Notes under the pieces: generated by a model | Told to the model about the DNA's origin: nothing | Database searches by the model: none | Seen by the model: only the letters and a program-made list of their open reading frames with translations | Position numbers and translations under genes: made by a program | Shown here: positions 26,501 to 39,001 of the stretch, piece after piece | Layout of the letters: each line of letters opens with the position of its first letter | Numbering within the stretch: the stretch's first letter is position 1 | NCBI GenBank assembly: GCA_036172245.1 | Contig: JAYWIR010000014.1 | Coordinates: forward strand, 3,534,001-3,598,000 | Source of the DNA: Raillietiella orientalis | Taxonomy: Eukaryota | Direction of reading: 5' to 3' | DNA: 64,000 nt

Positions 26501-29500
26501 ATTGCAGTTACATACATCACATTTATATTAATTGAAAATTATCACGTTTGATACGTGTTTTTCGTTAATCATTAACGCAATTTCTGTCCTTTCTTTTCAA
26601 ATTTGATTATTATGCATGCATATTTCGTATTCAGAGTTTTGTTTCATTATCAACTTTAAAAGGAATTTTGCATTTAAATAGCAGTGTATTTAATTTTGCA
26701 TGCCCAATTGTTATAAATCAGTTATTCAAGACCACATGCTAATCTTGGGATTCGGTTTCTATTTGTGATAGAATGCATGATGTAGTGTTTCAAAGTCAAA
26801 TATTTTCAAAGTCTTTTCATTTCCTAACTGGAATTGTTTTAGGCATAGACATGTAATACAGCTCTTAAAGATATTTATTTAACTAAACTTAGGCATTTGC
26901 TCAGTCTATTTGTTTGCTCGATTTGAACCAGCTTTCATTAGTGTAAGTGTATCATTTTGTATTTGTTCAACCTCCAGAGTTTCTTACCTTTTTTCAAAAA
27001 GACAATGACTAAAGATGCAGACCAAGGCAAGTAGAAAAAGGATCTAACGTTTATATAGTTACTTATTTGATGATAGTTTTATTCATTCGAATTGAATAGA
27101 GTATCGGAAAAAATGATTGTTTCCTTAGTACAACACATGCAAATATATTTTACTATAGTCCCTTGGAATTAATGAGTTACCTTGTATGCATGAAAAACTT
27201 GTTTTTAAGTATTCATCTACTGCTTTAATATCAGGTCATAAAAGACTCATATGATTTAAATGATTTCAGATGGAGTTGATTTTTATTTTGGTTCTGAAAA
27301 CATCAGCAGAAAATTTGTGGACTTTTTGCTATCAGTAGTTCCTTGCAAATATCAGACAAGCAAAAAATTGAAATCTCATGATATTCATAGCAACACATAT
27401 AACTTTAAGCATTCTTTTAGGTAATTATCCATGTTTTCCAATATAATGCCTTCAATGCACCATTTAAGCCTATGTTTCTTGATTGAACAAGTAAAAGTGA
27501 TTATTTTATTTAGCATTTGAATGATTGAATTGAGATAATGTGGTATCTTGACTTGATTGCTCAAATCTTAATTTTTTTTACATATTTTTCCATGTTTTAA
27601 TAAGTTTGCAGATTTGCTATTGTGACTCCTAATTAAAAAAAGAAAGCAAAACAAAACTTTGAATAACAGGATTATGAATTTTATTGAGCTGTGCTACATT
27701 TATTCTGGTCTTTTCTTTTCTTTGTATGGATGTATTCTGCTGTATTCTATCAATGGTGATATGTAATGTGATGCACTGATTTCCAATTCTAAATTTTTTC
27801 TTAAATTCATTGTTTTTATCAGGTTATATTTCTGGTTATTTTAATTGCAATTATCATATATCTGTTATTTGTTTGTGTATTTTTAAATATATTCACTGTG
27901 GAATGAAATCATTTATAAACTTTCTTTATAGGAAATGTATGCTCTTTGCAAAAGAAGTTTTTAAAAAGTTTGTCACAAAAATCTTCTTTTGTTTATAAAA
28001 GGTCTGTTGTAAATACCAACAAATGGTGTAAATAAGCAGTTTTGGATGTAAGAATACAGTTCAGCTAGTTTTGAATTACCAAAGTAAATCTTGTTCTTTA
28101 GATTACTAAACATTTAGATTATTGAAAAAATGATCCAAGAGCTAATGCGAGCTCTGCAAATGATGAGCATGGTTTCTGCTTCAATATTTAGAAGCAGATA
28201 TAAAATGGAGTATGAAAGAATTCTATGTGATTATTTTTTCATAAACTGTTCATAAAATTTTTTCATTTTTTCATAAAATGTTCGTGATAGATCTGTATAT
28301 AAAAAACAAGTATACATCGTTTTTTTTTTTTTCGTTTTCCTTTTTTTTCCTGGATCGTTTATAATTGATTTTGTCCAGAATACAAACAGTGAATGCATAT
28401 GTCACCGTTTTGTTTTTTACTTTGGTGCTACGCTTATTCTCTTCATTGATTGTGTATACAGGATGAAAATAAAATAAAGCAATGTACATTTTACAGTAGT
28501 CCTTCAGAACATCCTTTCTATGTGCCTAATCCTTTTTTGAAGTATTAAGTACATAATAAGTATTAGGTATTCTGATGCATCTTCTAATCGCAAATTATCT
28601 CCCTCGAAGCTTAAACTTTGAAAGTAATGAAGTTGGGATTTGCTTTTTCCAAAACAAACGTGATTATTGCGAAGTTAGAGAACTTTGTGGTTATGTTGGG
28701 ATGTGCTCTATCACAGGAGGCCTGCATAGTCCTGCATGAGTGTTTCACACAGAGTGACAAAACCGATGAATTGTTTTGTGTGCCCACACTTTCCAATCTT
28801 TATTTTATCGTATCCATGTATTTAGTTGCTTTGTTCGATCATGAGTCATCAAATATAAATCTACATCCAGATTTTGTAAGAAATGTAAGAAATGATTCAG
28901 TGTAAAGCTTTAAGCATTACTGTGTTGTAATGATTAAAACCAATTTGTCTAAAGTACCTTCATTCATTTAGTGTGGAAATTTCACCAGTATGTAAAGACG
29001 ATATTGTATGTCTTTCTTCTAAACTTGCACAAAGTTTAGGAGGTATTTCCCAAATATCCATTGTATCAAGAGTATGTAGTAGCATTCACCTTATTGATCC
29101 TTTTACTGCACAGAGTAAGATTAATGACATAGTTCTATAATTGAGATCTTTGTTTTGAATATGTTTATTAACATTGCTCAAGCAGTAGCTGAAGTCAGTA
29201 GTGCTACATATTGGCATGACCCCTTCCACAGTCTTTGCAATTTTAAACAATTGCAAAAATATATGGTAGTTCAAATTGAACCTTTGGAAGATGCTCATCT
29301 CTACTTCCAAGGACAAGGACCATGTTCAAGCAAGGTAAATTGTTCTGATGTGTAATATGACATTGTATCCCAATTTCTTGTGTATATTAGCATAAAGTTG
29401 TGGATGTATGGTTAGCACGGAATATGGATGTTTCAGAAAACATTATGCACACCAGGACACATCTGGGATATTTATTGCATCCTGGTGATATCGTTTTAGG

Positions 29501-29937
29501 GTATGAAAAGTCTGTACATCGGCATGTGCGTTCATGTTCGTGTTTTACAGGCTCGATCTTGCTAACTGTAATGTGAATAATAAGCATTTCGATAAAATAA
29601 AGAAAACACGTATCAGTGATGTTATCTTAGTAAAGAAAAATCCTCCAGAAGCTTACAAAAATGTAAAGCGTATTTGGAAACTAAAACATTTGAATGATAT
29701 GCATCTTGATGATTTCACCACTGACAATATGTAAGTGTGCTTCCTGTTTTACCTTCTCATATCAGCATTCATTGCAGGGATTACATGGAATTTTTGGAAG
29801 ACATTGAAATAGATAAAATTTGTAGAGATAATATCAATATATATAAAAGTGAAACTTTCCCTGTGCATAACAGTGATGAATACACTACCAGCATTCCCCT
29901 AGACGAAATGCTAGAGGATTACCCTGATGCAGAATGA
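23567..29937 (+). CDS. NMD3: 60S ribosomal export protein NMD3, 10 exons
   Basis: Exons 23567-23604, 23655-23789, 25295-25445, 26113-26356, 27270-27420, 28972-29114, 29186-29334, 29391-29500, 29551-29730 and 29778-29937 splice in frame via GT-AG introns. The product reads ILCCQCGIAVEPNPANMCVACIRSQVDIT...LESRELLSLCLKKL...FIWTEPHSKRIK...CEDCRRFEAKDYWKAVVQIRQK...RTHLGYLLHPGD...DYMEFLEDIE. Confidence 0.96.
24665..24698. repeat. Perfect 13-bp inverted repeat in NMD3 intron 2
   Basis: CTGCAAACCAAGC-cctaaact-GCTTGGTTTGCAG. Confidence 0.85.
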
Positions 29938-30017
29938 TTCAAGTACCCTCAACTCTTGAAATAAAAAATGATTACTAATACTGTTTATTGAAATCTAATG
30001 GGATTAATGTTACTACT

Positions 30018-33000
30018 TCATTCTTGCTCATCAATAGTTTTTACGTCCTGGGCTTCTTGTTCGTAAGTATCCGTATGTTTTGCAAGGATACGAAGTAGAG
30101 GCCTTAATTTTAACCACCACTGCTCCTTCGAAATTCTGTGCCTAAGTGAACAAAAATTTAACAAAAGTTTAAACCATAACTTCTTACTTGAAATCTGTTA
30201 TTAGTTTCAATTCTGTTACTGGAGTAACACCAAAATGTCTTTTGATGATACCTAGAAGGACTGCAGTTTCATCATCATCTGTATATACTTTATCATCCTT
30301 AAAACATTTTGTCATCTGTTCTGAAAGCCATTCTGTAGCTTTTGTAGCCATTTTCGTCCCTAAATTACGGTCGAAGGGAGAGGGGCAGCCACCTTGTTGC
30401 ATATGTCCTTGTTAAAAAGCATAAATTAGTAACACTAATTTGATGCACTCTGTTACCTAATACATTCATTCGTGTGCTGAATATATTTTTCCCTTCTTCA
30501 GAGTAGAGTTTATACAAAAAGTCAGTTGTATAATTCGAATTTGCAAACTCATTGCTAAGAAATGTTTTCATTCAAAGCAAAAAGTGTTAAAATTTACCGA
30601 AGTATAAGACCTCTTTGGACTCCTTCAGCCATCTTACTAGCCATGTGTTTGACGTCATTTTGCAAATCTGTTATGTTAAAGTCTTCTTCAAAGATATAAG
30701 CTGCATCAGCCCCTCCTGCCAATCCTAGAACAAATCTATTTGATTACTTGTCCAAACATCATAGACTAAATCCACCGCTGTTGTTTGCATTTTGGTAAGC
30801 AAATAAAGGTATTGGATAAATTACGTAAATTGTCATCTTCATGTTAATGTTTATTTTACCTGCTAAAGTAGCTAAGTATCCACAATAGCCTCCCATGGTT
30901 TCCACAACAAAAACTCGTCTTTTTGTTCCTTGTGCAGATTGACGAATTCGGTCACAAATCTTTGGTTATATGTAAGATTTGAAAACAGATCAGTACATAC
31001 TTCAGATATTTCATTAAGTGCAGTGTCAGCACCTAAAGTGAAATCAGTTCCTGGGATGTTATTGCTAATTGTGCAAGGAATGACACACATGGGAACACAG
31101 AATTCTGGATAGTTTGGTCTTGCTTCACAAAATTGCAATACAGCATGATATGCCTTTAATTAAAGGAGAATTACGTAACATTGTATATTACTTACTTCAA
31201 AGCCTCCAATAATCAACAATCCATCAATTTTGTATTCCCGGAAATAGTGAGCGATCTTATCAAAATAATTAATTGGTAATGTTCTTTTGATACCAAGAAA
31301 AGCTCCACCTTGACCAACCCAGCCAGTCACATTTGACCAACTCAATTCTTGTATCTATGTAAATCTCAATATTCAAAAACATTTCTAGAGAAAAAACTTG
31401 CATTTCCTTCAACGAGTCCTTCAACGCCATCATGAATTCCATAAACAGTGTAGCCACGATATATGCAGTTTCTCACAAAAGATCTCACAGCAGAGTTCAT
31501 CCCACAGGCCGGTGCTCCAATATGCATAACCCCCACATTGAATCCCCCCTACCACATGCATAAAAAAGTGAAAAAAAAAAAAAAATCAAGCAACTAATTT
31601 TTTTGGGTGCTCATAAATGCAAACAAACACAAAAGCTTACATAGGTATAAAGAACTCACATTAGAGTGTTGAATGTTTGTGCTTTGATTAACAGAAAGAC
31701 TATGAAAAATTAATGTGCAAAATATTTCATTAATTAAATAAGCTGGATTACATTTGTGAAAGCGACTACACATCGTAATCTAAAAACTCACCTGATTAAA
31801 AAGCGTTTCTTGCTATGTAAAAAGAGAAATTCAGCAGATGTGATATGAAATCATACAAAATTTGAGTGCATGCAGCGCTGAGATGATCAAATGTAGTGCA
31901 TGATCTGTACTGATACTTTTAAATCGAAGTACATTTAAGACAGATGGATTGGAAGGGAAAAAAAGAAAAAAAAAAAAAATTATATTTTTTTTTTTGAAAG
32001 AGAAGCTCACCCGAGATAAACATTTACCCTAGTGAACATATGTTTGTATAAAGCAATCTTATTTGCTTATGAAGTACTTACGCCATCGGATTTCCTGGGA
32101 GGTCTTAAACGGGTAAGCATCTTATAAGTCTCCAAATTTCTTGCAAAACTTCTGCAAAGAAACATAGAAATCAAAACAAATTCGGCCAAGCACAAAATAT
32201 TGAGAATTTTCCATACCTGCCACGAAGTTCAACTGCAGCAGCCCAGTTTTTTTCTGACATTGCCTTTGTTACAGCTTGAGTTTTTTCTACACATTTCATT
32301 AGTGGTAAACGAATTGCTTGATTTCCATCAAGAGAGATCACAACTGCTTCAGATTCTGGATGCTCTTCTAATACAGCAAGAACAGCTTCAGCACCCATTC
32401 GACAGCCCTTGACCAAGAGTGAATTTATAAAAGAATACAAATCTTACCAAAATGCGGTCAAATGCTGAAGGACTGCCACCTCTTTGCACATGACCAAGAA
32501 CAGTAACTCGAGCATCCAAATGCAATTTATTAACAACAACTTTCTTGACATCTTCTGCTGTCACTGGGTTATTTTGTTGATCAATAGCACCCTCAGCAAC
32601 AATAATAATATTTAGTCTCTGGCCTAAAGCACGTTCCTTTATATAAAATCAATCACAGATATTATCATTCCATTTCCAGTATTTCAGATTAACCTGCAAA
32701 AGTTTTGTACACATTTTGTCCATCCAATCATGCTCTGCTGGCCATTCTGGTAAAAACACATAGTCAGCTTCACTAGCTAATGCTGCTACCAATGCAAGGT
32801 ATCTACATGAAAAAGACATGTCACTCATATTTGTTAACTAGGCTAAATTATTCTTGAAAACATAAAACTTTCTTGTGTACTTTTATGTTTATGTAAGATT
32901 TTATTAAAAAATCTACAAATTATTACTTCTCTAATGCAATTTATCAAAGAGCCATACTTGACAGCACATACTAATATACATTTTAGGGAGAGCTTTTCAA

Positions 33001-36000
33001 AAGCTTAAAGTCTTGGGAACTCTTCTAGTGCTAAGCAATGGCAACAAGAGGGGGGGGGGGGAACTTAATATTGGCATAGTTCTGTGGAAAATAAAAACCT
33101 TCAAAAATGTTAGACTTTCAAATTCTTCAAACAAGGAGTAAATCTTAATGTTTTTTCAAGAAGTCCATTAGACTAGTATATAAGGATGACTTGTTTTAAC
33201 TGCACACTTCAATGCATCACAAAAGTTGATTTTCCAAAAACCACGAAACGCAGGGCCAAAAGTTTCGATCCAATGACTCGCTTTTCAAAATACTAATTAC
33301 CCATATTCTCAGTGAACCACAGTCTCCTAAATAAAAATGGGATATATCTTATATGATTTCTATTTCAGCTAATGTGTTTCTGCAAAGTCACTACGCGAGC
33401 TCTGGACATAAATTATTTTGAATTAATGGCGATCTTCTCGTTTTTAAAACATTCACATGCTGCATTACAATGCACATATTTTTCCATGATGCTTGCGAAT
33501 TCTAATGCCATGTCCGATATGAACATCGGTGGTTATGTGATTTGTACTGGGACATTCTAGAAAAACATTATTTACAACCTCATATGCTGCTTTGGCATTG
33601 CATGTTATACCAAAACTGCACTAGTTTTTTTACTGCCTGCTTACTTATTATATCTGGAAAATTGTTTGATATTGTTCTGATACAATGTCGTGATTCCTCT
33701 GATATCTATGTTTCACCACATGTCATAAAATGGTCTAGTTTTATTCACAATTCAAAATTATGACGAAAAATACTTTTCAAACTTCTACTTTCAGATTTTT
33801 TTTAATGCTAGTTTCAACCATTCTGTGATGAAACAAACTGAACAGGTTGTTTTGAATGAAGGATGTATATTCATACTTATTCAAGCAGGCAAACAAGGAT
33901 TTGAATTTAAAAAAAAATCGAGGAATAAAAAGTATGTTGTAAAATATGGCAAGTATAAATGACAAATCATATAAGCTCATTGAAAAAGCATCAAATAATC
34001 TAATTCTTGAGATGTATGATTTTGTTCTTAATCTGAAGCTTCTAATATACCACAAGCTTTGTTCTAAAACAGCTAGTCAAAAAAAAGTACACTCTTCCAC
34101 ATATTTTCCTTAGTTTGCTAATTGATAAAACTATTCGACTGTTCGATTCGTGAATCATTTGGACTTACAATATCAATCTTACATGTGAGACAAAGTGAAC
34201 ACATTTGCTGGATGCATATGCAACTTGGACATACGTTAAAAGAAATGATCTAAGATTGCCCTTCTATGAATAGTAGTTCAAATCATAGATCAACAGGAAA
34301 AACTTATGCTTTTTTTGAAAAAATGATATGATGTAAAATCTATGCCTGATTTCCAAATAATCATTTAAAAATAAAATGCACAGATATCCAATTCAAAGTA
34401 ATCTCTACACAAGAAAGCGATCTAATTAGACTCTCTTAAATGATCAAATTAATAAACATTAATTCATCCAAACATACCAAATTACAAACAGGAATATGAG
34501 AATATGACCAGAAAAAGAATGAATGCAAGAAAACTATAATATAAAATCAGTGGAAATCATAAAATCCCTGGAGGCAGTTTGTGATGGATTGGACAAAAAG
34601 CTAGATGAAGGCCAAAGAAATAAAACAAAGAGAATTCTCTATAAAAGATTTTTCAGCTCACTATATATACAGTGATGTAAGTGAAAACTATTAAAAACAA
34701 ATATGAATGATGTTTGCAAAATAACACTTCTAGTGAGATCAAAGTAAAAGAAAAAGTCTGAAATAGTACACATTCAAGAAAAGTTTTATTCAGTAAAACA
34801 TGAAAAATCAATCTTTCATGATCTTTATACAATTTCAACATCTTATAAGAATTTAGAACAGTGGCGACATGAAAAATGACTTCATTCTATTGCTCGTATT
34901 AAAGATTATATCAAAACCAATAAACATTTATGTGTGCATCCAAAGGAAACATGATGCAGTTCTGCAAATAAAAACATTCATTCATCACTTATTCATTATC
35001 ATAATTGTTTAAGAAATGAAAATAATACAAACAGACTTAATTTTGCAAGTAATAAAACCCTTGATTTGGCAATTTGTGGATTTTTGTTTGATCTGTATCA
35101 ACATTTGCATCTTGAAGGAAACCAGGAAATGTAATAAAATGATATTGCAAAATACTGTGAAAACTTACCCACAATGTCTCCCCATCACCTCCAAAATAAA
35201 AGTGCGCTGATGTGAATATGCTGTATACACAATAGCATCAATTGCTTCCATTATTCTGTGAAGAGCTGAATCGGTGCCAATAGTCATATCAGTTCCACAA
35301 AAATCATTATCAATTGATCCAACTAAGCCGGCCAAGTTAAGTGTTTTGTTTTTTTCAAATTCATCACATGTTATTTCGCCTATGAATATGAAAGAAAATA
35401 ATTACCAGCTGTATTTAAACGATATATAATTCAGAAGCAATAGTAAACATTAAAATATGTGTACATGTATACAAATTATTTTTTGATATTCAATGTTCAT
35501 AATCCAACAGGAAATATTAAATTTTGCAATCCTTAATAATGCTATCTGTTTGCAGTTTCCTCTGAATTACTGTGTTCTAAAATTGGAAGCAACTCAGGCC
35601 ACCTTCCAAGATTTTTACTGAAATCAAATGATCATTTACAATTCCATCAAATACATTATTTTTTGGGGAGTTTTCATTTTTGCATTGTTCCCTAAATAAA
35701 AATGTCAGAGTCTGGAAAACTAAAAATTGATACCTAGAATACATTTCAAATCTCATTCCTGTTTATACCTAATGAGCAAATCACTTTAAAACTACACATA
35801 TTGATATGCATTGTACAAACAATACAAATGGATCTTTGATCTTAAATGAAAAACAAAAGCAGTACTACCATTCAATTAATCCTATTGTGGAATACAAAAA
35901 TTATGCACAAATTGATCACAAATTTGGTTTTTTTTTCTTTTTAACTCTACCATGGCACAATATCTATGTATGTCAATGAATCAATATTTCTATATTTTGA

Positions 36001-39000
36001 ACATTTAGCTTGAACAATCATACAAATTATGATTTAAATCCAATCACAATAAACTTGGCCATTTTAATGTTGCATACATAGAAATAGTGTGTCATTATTT
36101 TATGGTCAAATTTATTGCCACAATAGCTGAAAAATGTTAGAAATTATTCACTCAATCAACTATTTCAGCCCCACTTTCAAACTTCAACATAAAATGCACT
36201 AATTTTAGTAACTTCATTTCATACATCATGCATTGTATGGAAAATACATAAGAGACACAAACACATTTTAAAGACAAATTACTTTTAATTTTCGGGTTTT
36301 AAGAGACTGTATATTTCTCATGAACACTGGTGGTCCAACTGCATTTCTCTAACTTCTAAATTCCTATGTAAAAAACTCATACATGTGAATAAATGTAAAC
36401 AACATCAGACATTACAAATTATGGTCACATTGCTGTTCCATCTCATAAGAAGCATAACGACATTTATGCTGATAAGACATATGAGAAAGTCATAAAATTG
36501 AAAAATCTTTATGACCAATGAGAGAGAAATCAGTAATTACACCTTTTAATTAAGCTATGCTTTAGCTTGCCAAGTTGAAAAATCGAAAGAACATTAAAAT
36601 CTCACATATTTGCTAATGTAGTACAAGGAATGAAGACTAAACTAAGTATATGAAAAATATGAATAATCCAAAATATGTTTCAGCCTTCATTTTCACACCT
36701 ATTTTGCTCATCAAAAATGTAATACCCCAGTTACATGCAACTCTTGCATTTTAGTTTTGAACAAAGCAGGTGTGAAAATGAAAACTGAAACATATTTTGC
36801 ATTATTTGTGGACATCACATACACAATGTATAAACACATGCATCAAAAATCACACATGTGATTTACAATATCAACAGTGTACCTTTATCAAATAATTCTT
36901 GGATGAGACTAGGCCACTCCTTTCTAAATGTATTGGCTCCAGTTAAGGAACCATCACCACCAATGCATATTAAATTTGTTATACCATTTTTGACTAGATT
37001 GTATGTTGCTTTCAATCTACCTGTCCTTTCACGAAATTCAGAACAACGAGCAGAGCCAATCACTGTTCCACCCTGAAAAACAATTTCAAAAACTAGTCAT
37101 AATTTAGATAAGAAACGTATCTCAATTGAACATTTATAAAGTATGAACAGGATTCCCTCCCCCCCCCCTACAAGCAATAGTCAAATGTCCTATAGATAGA
37201 CTGTTGAAAGTAGTTTATGATGACATTGTGCACTGCTGAATATTGGCAAGCATCAGTCTAAAACTGTCACTAATATGTACAAGAACAAATGAGGAGAATT
37301 TTGAAATTACTTTAAAGTGCCCACCACAAAAAATGTAGAAGTCAAAAGGTGTGCACAACACAGTTTAACATAAAATAAATGCAAATACGGAAAATGTTGC
37401 CCTCATTACGACATCATTAGATATTCATGAGGATTATGAAATATTCTCTCACTTTAAATTTTTATTTAAACAGAAAACGGGTACACAGTAAAGAGAGGCA
37501 AAATCATTAAAATTTGCGATAAACAAGCCCCTTTGATCACAATGTAGAAGAAACAAGAATAACTATGCCTCCACATCTTATGTATACCCACATAATTTCC
37601 AAACTGGCTGCTTAATTTGTTTGGAACCACTCTGTTGGCTTAATAATTCAGTGAATTATTACAAAAGCACTGTGCATGTACAAGACAGGAGGTGTATCAA
37701 ATCCATCCTTTCATACTATGACAAAAAAAAAAAAAAAAAACAGATGCATATATCTGGATTGAGAACACTATGCCAGAATGTTGTAAAAATAAAACTCAAT
37801 TTCAAAGCACTATTAGTCATTTCATAACTGGAAAACTTCAGTCTTACAAGGAATGGAATAGGGAGATGGCTTAGAAAGGCAATTATAATGCATGGGTATT
37901 CTGTTGACAAAAAGATATATCTCTATATGATTTTGAGTGCAATGAGACCATGATTTTCTCAAACAAATGCATTAATACTTAGAAAGGCAAACATGACTGC
38001 TGATTATAAAACAAATCCCAACAGTAAAAATTGCCTTGAAGCTATTCTGCTGTCTTTTGCAGTTTAATTATGATTTGCAGCACTCATAAACAGCATGGAT
38101 TTAAAACTGAACCAGAAGTATTATAATGATACAAGCATGTATCATCATGAATAATAAATAGATGCATTGTTTTTGCAATTTCATATCATTGAGGTTTGTT
38201 TTACGTTGATAATCCTTGGGTATTACCAAGAATGCATTTATTTTTGTTTAAAGAAATGTTTACCATCTAGGATAGCACCTTCCATTCACAGGCATAAAAT
38301 ATTACAAAAAATACATTGTATTGCAGCATATTTGAAAGCAGAATTGGATTTAGTGGCAAATATTTGAATCAACACAATTCTATACTATTGAAATGTTAAG
38401 TACTAAAAAGAGTCTGACCATTAAAATATACTGAAAACTGAATGATATATTCCTATATCTAAATCTTGCAGGACCTGAGAGAAAAAGAAATGTGTCCTTG
38501 CAATTTTGAACGAATGGCTCAGCATAATGTGCATTACAAACTTCAAAAGAACACATTAGATGTACAAACCTTATGAAGAATTCCTGATACAGAAGACCAA
38601 GTTGCTTCTACTATGTTCTCACCACCATCAATCAATCCTTGATAGCCTTCTTTAATGAGGAAGACCTTTGCACCAAGATAAATTCCCATCCTCACCACAG
38701 CTCTTACAGCAGCATTCATTCCTATACAATTTTGGGTTTCAAAATGAGATTACATATACAATTCAAAAATCAAGTATTCATCAGATCGAAATTTCATTTT
38801 TCCTTAAATTGAGAATTAATTTAAATAGTGTTTTGGACCTTGAGAATCACCACCACTGGTATAGACTGCTATGCATTTTCCTTCATGGGCACCTTTTTCA
38901 ATGAATTTGCCTTCTTTGGACAAAACACCCCAAGATCCAACTGCTTCTGGAGGATACTGCAGAAATGCATTACTGCTGGACACTGACAATGCTCTAGCCA

Positions 39001-39001
39001 T
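30018..39001 (-). CDS. PFK: ATP-dependent 6-phosphofructokinase (eukaryotic duplicated type), multi-exon
   Basis: ATG at 39001. Motifs across exons: [144 protein letters not shown]. Stop at 30018-30020. Confidence 0.97.
36662..36806. repeat. ~145-bp imperfect palindrome (MITE-like) in a PFK intron
   Basis: Arm 36662-36710 matches the reverse complement of 36758-36806 at 43/49 positions. Pairing continues imperfectly inward (AAAATGTAA/TTGCATTTT). Confidence 0.85.

Noticed and set aside
31660..31699. Third possible PFK microexon (GTGAGT donor at 31659)
   Set aside because: Available acceptors give 22 or 40 nt, which break the frame; the 40-nt version also has an in-frame stop.
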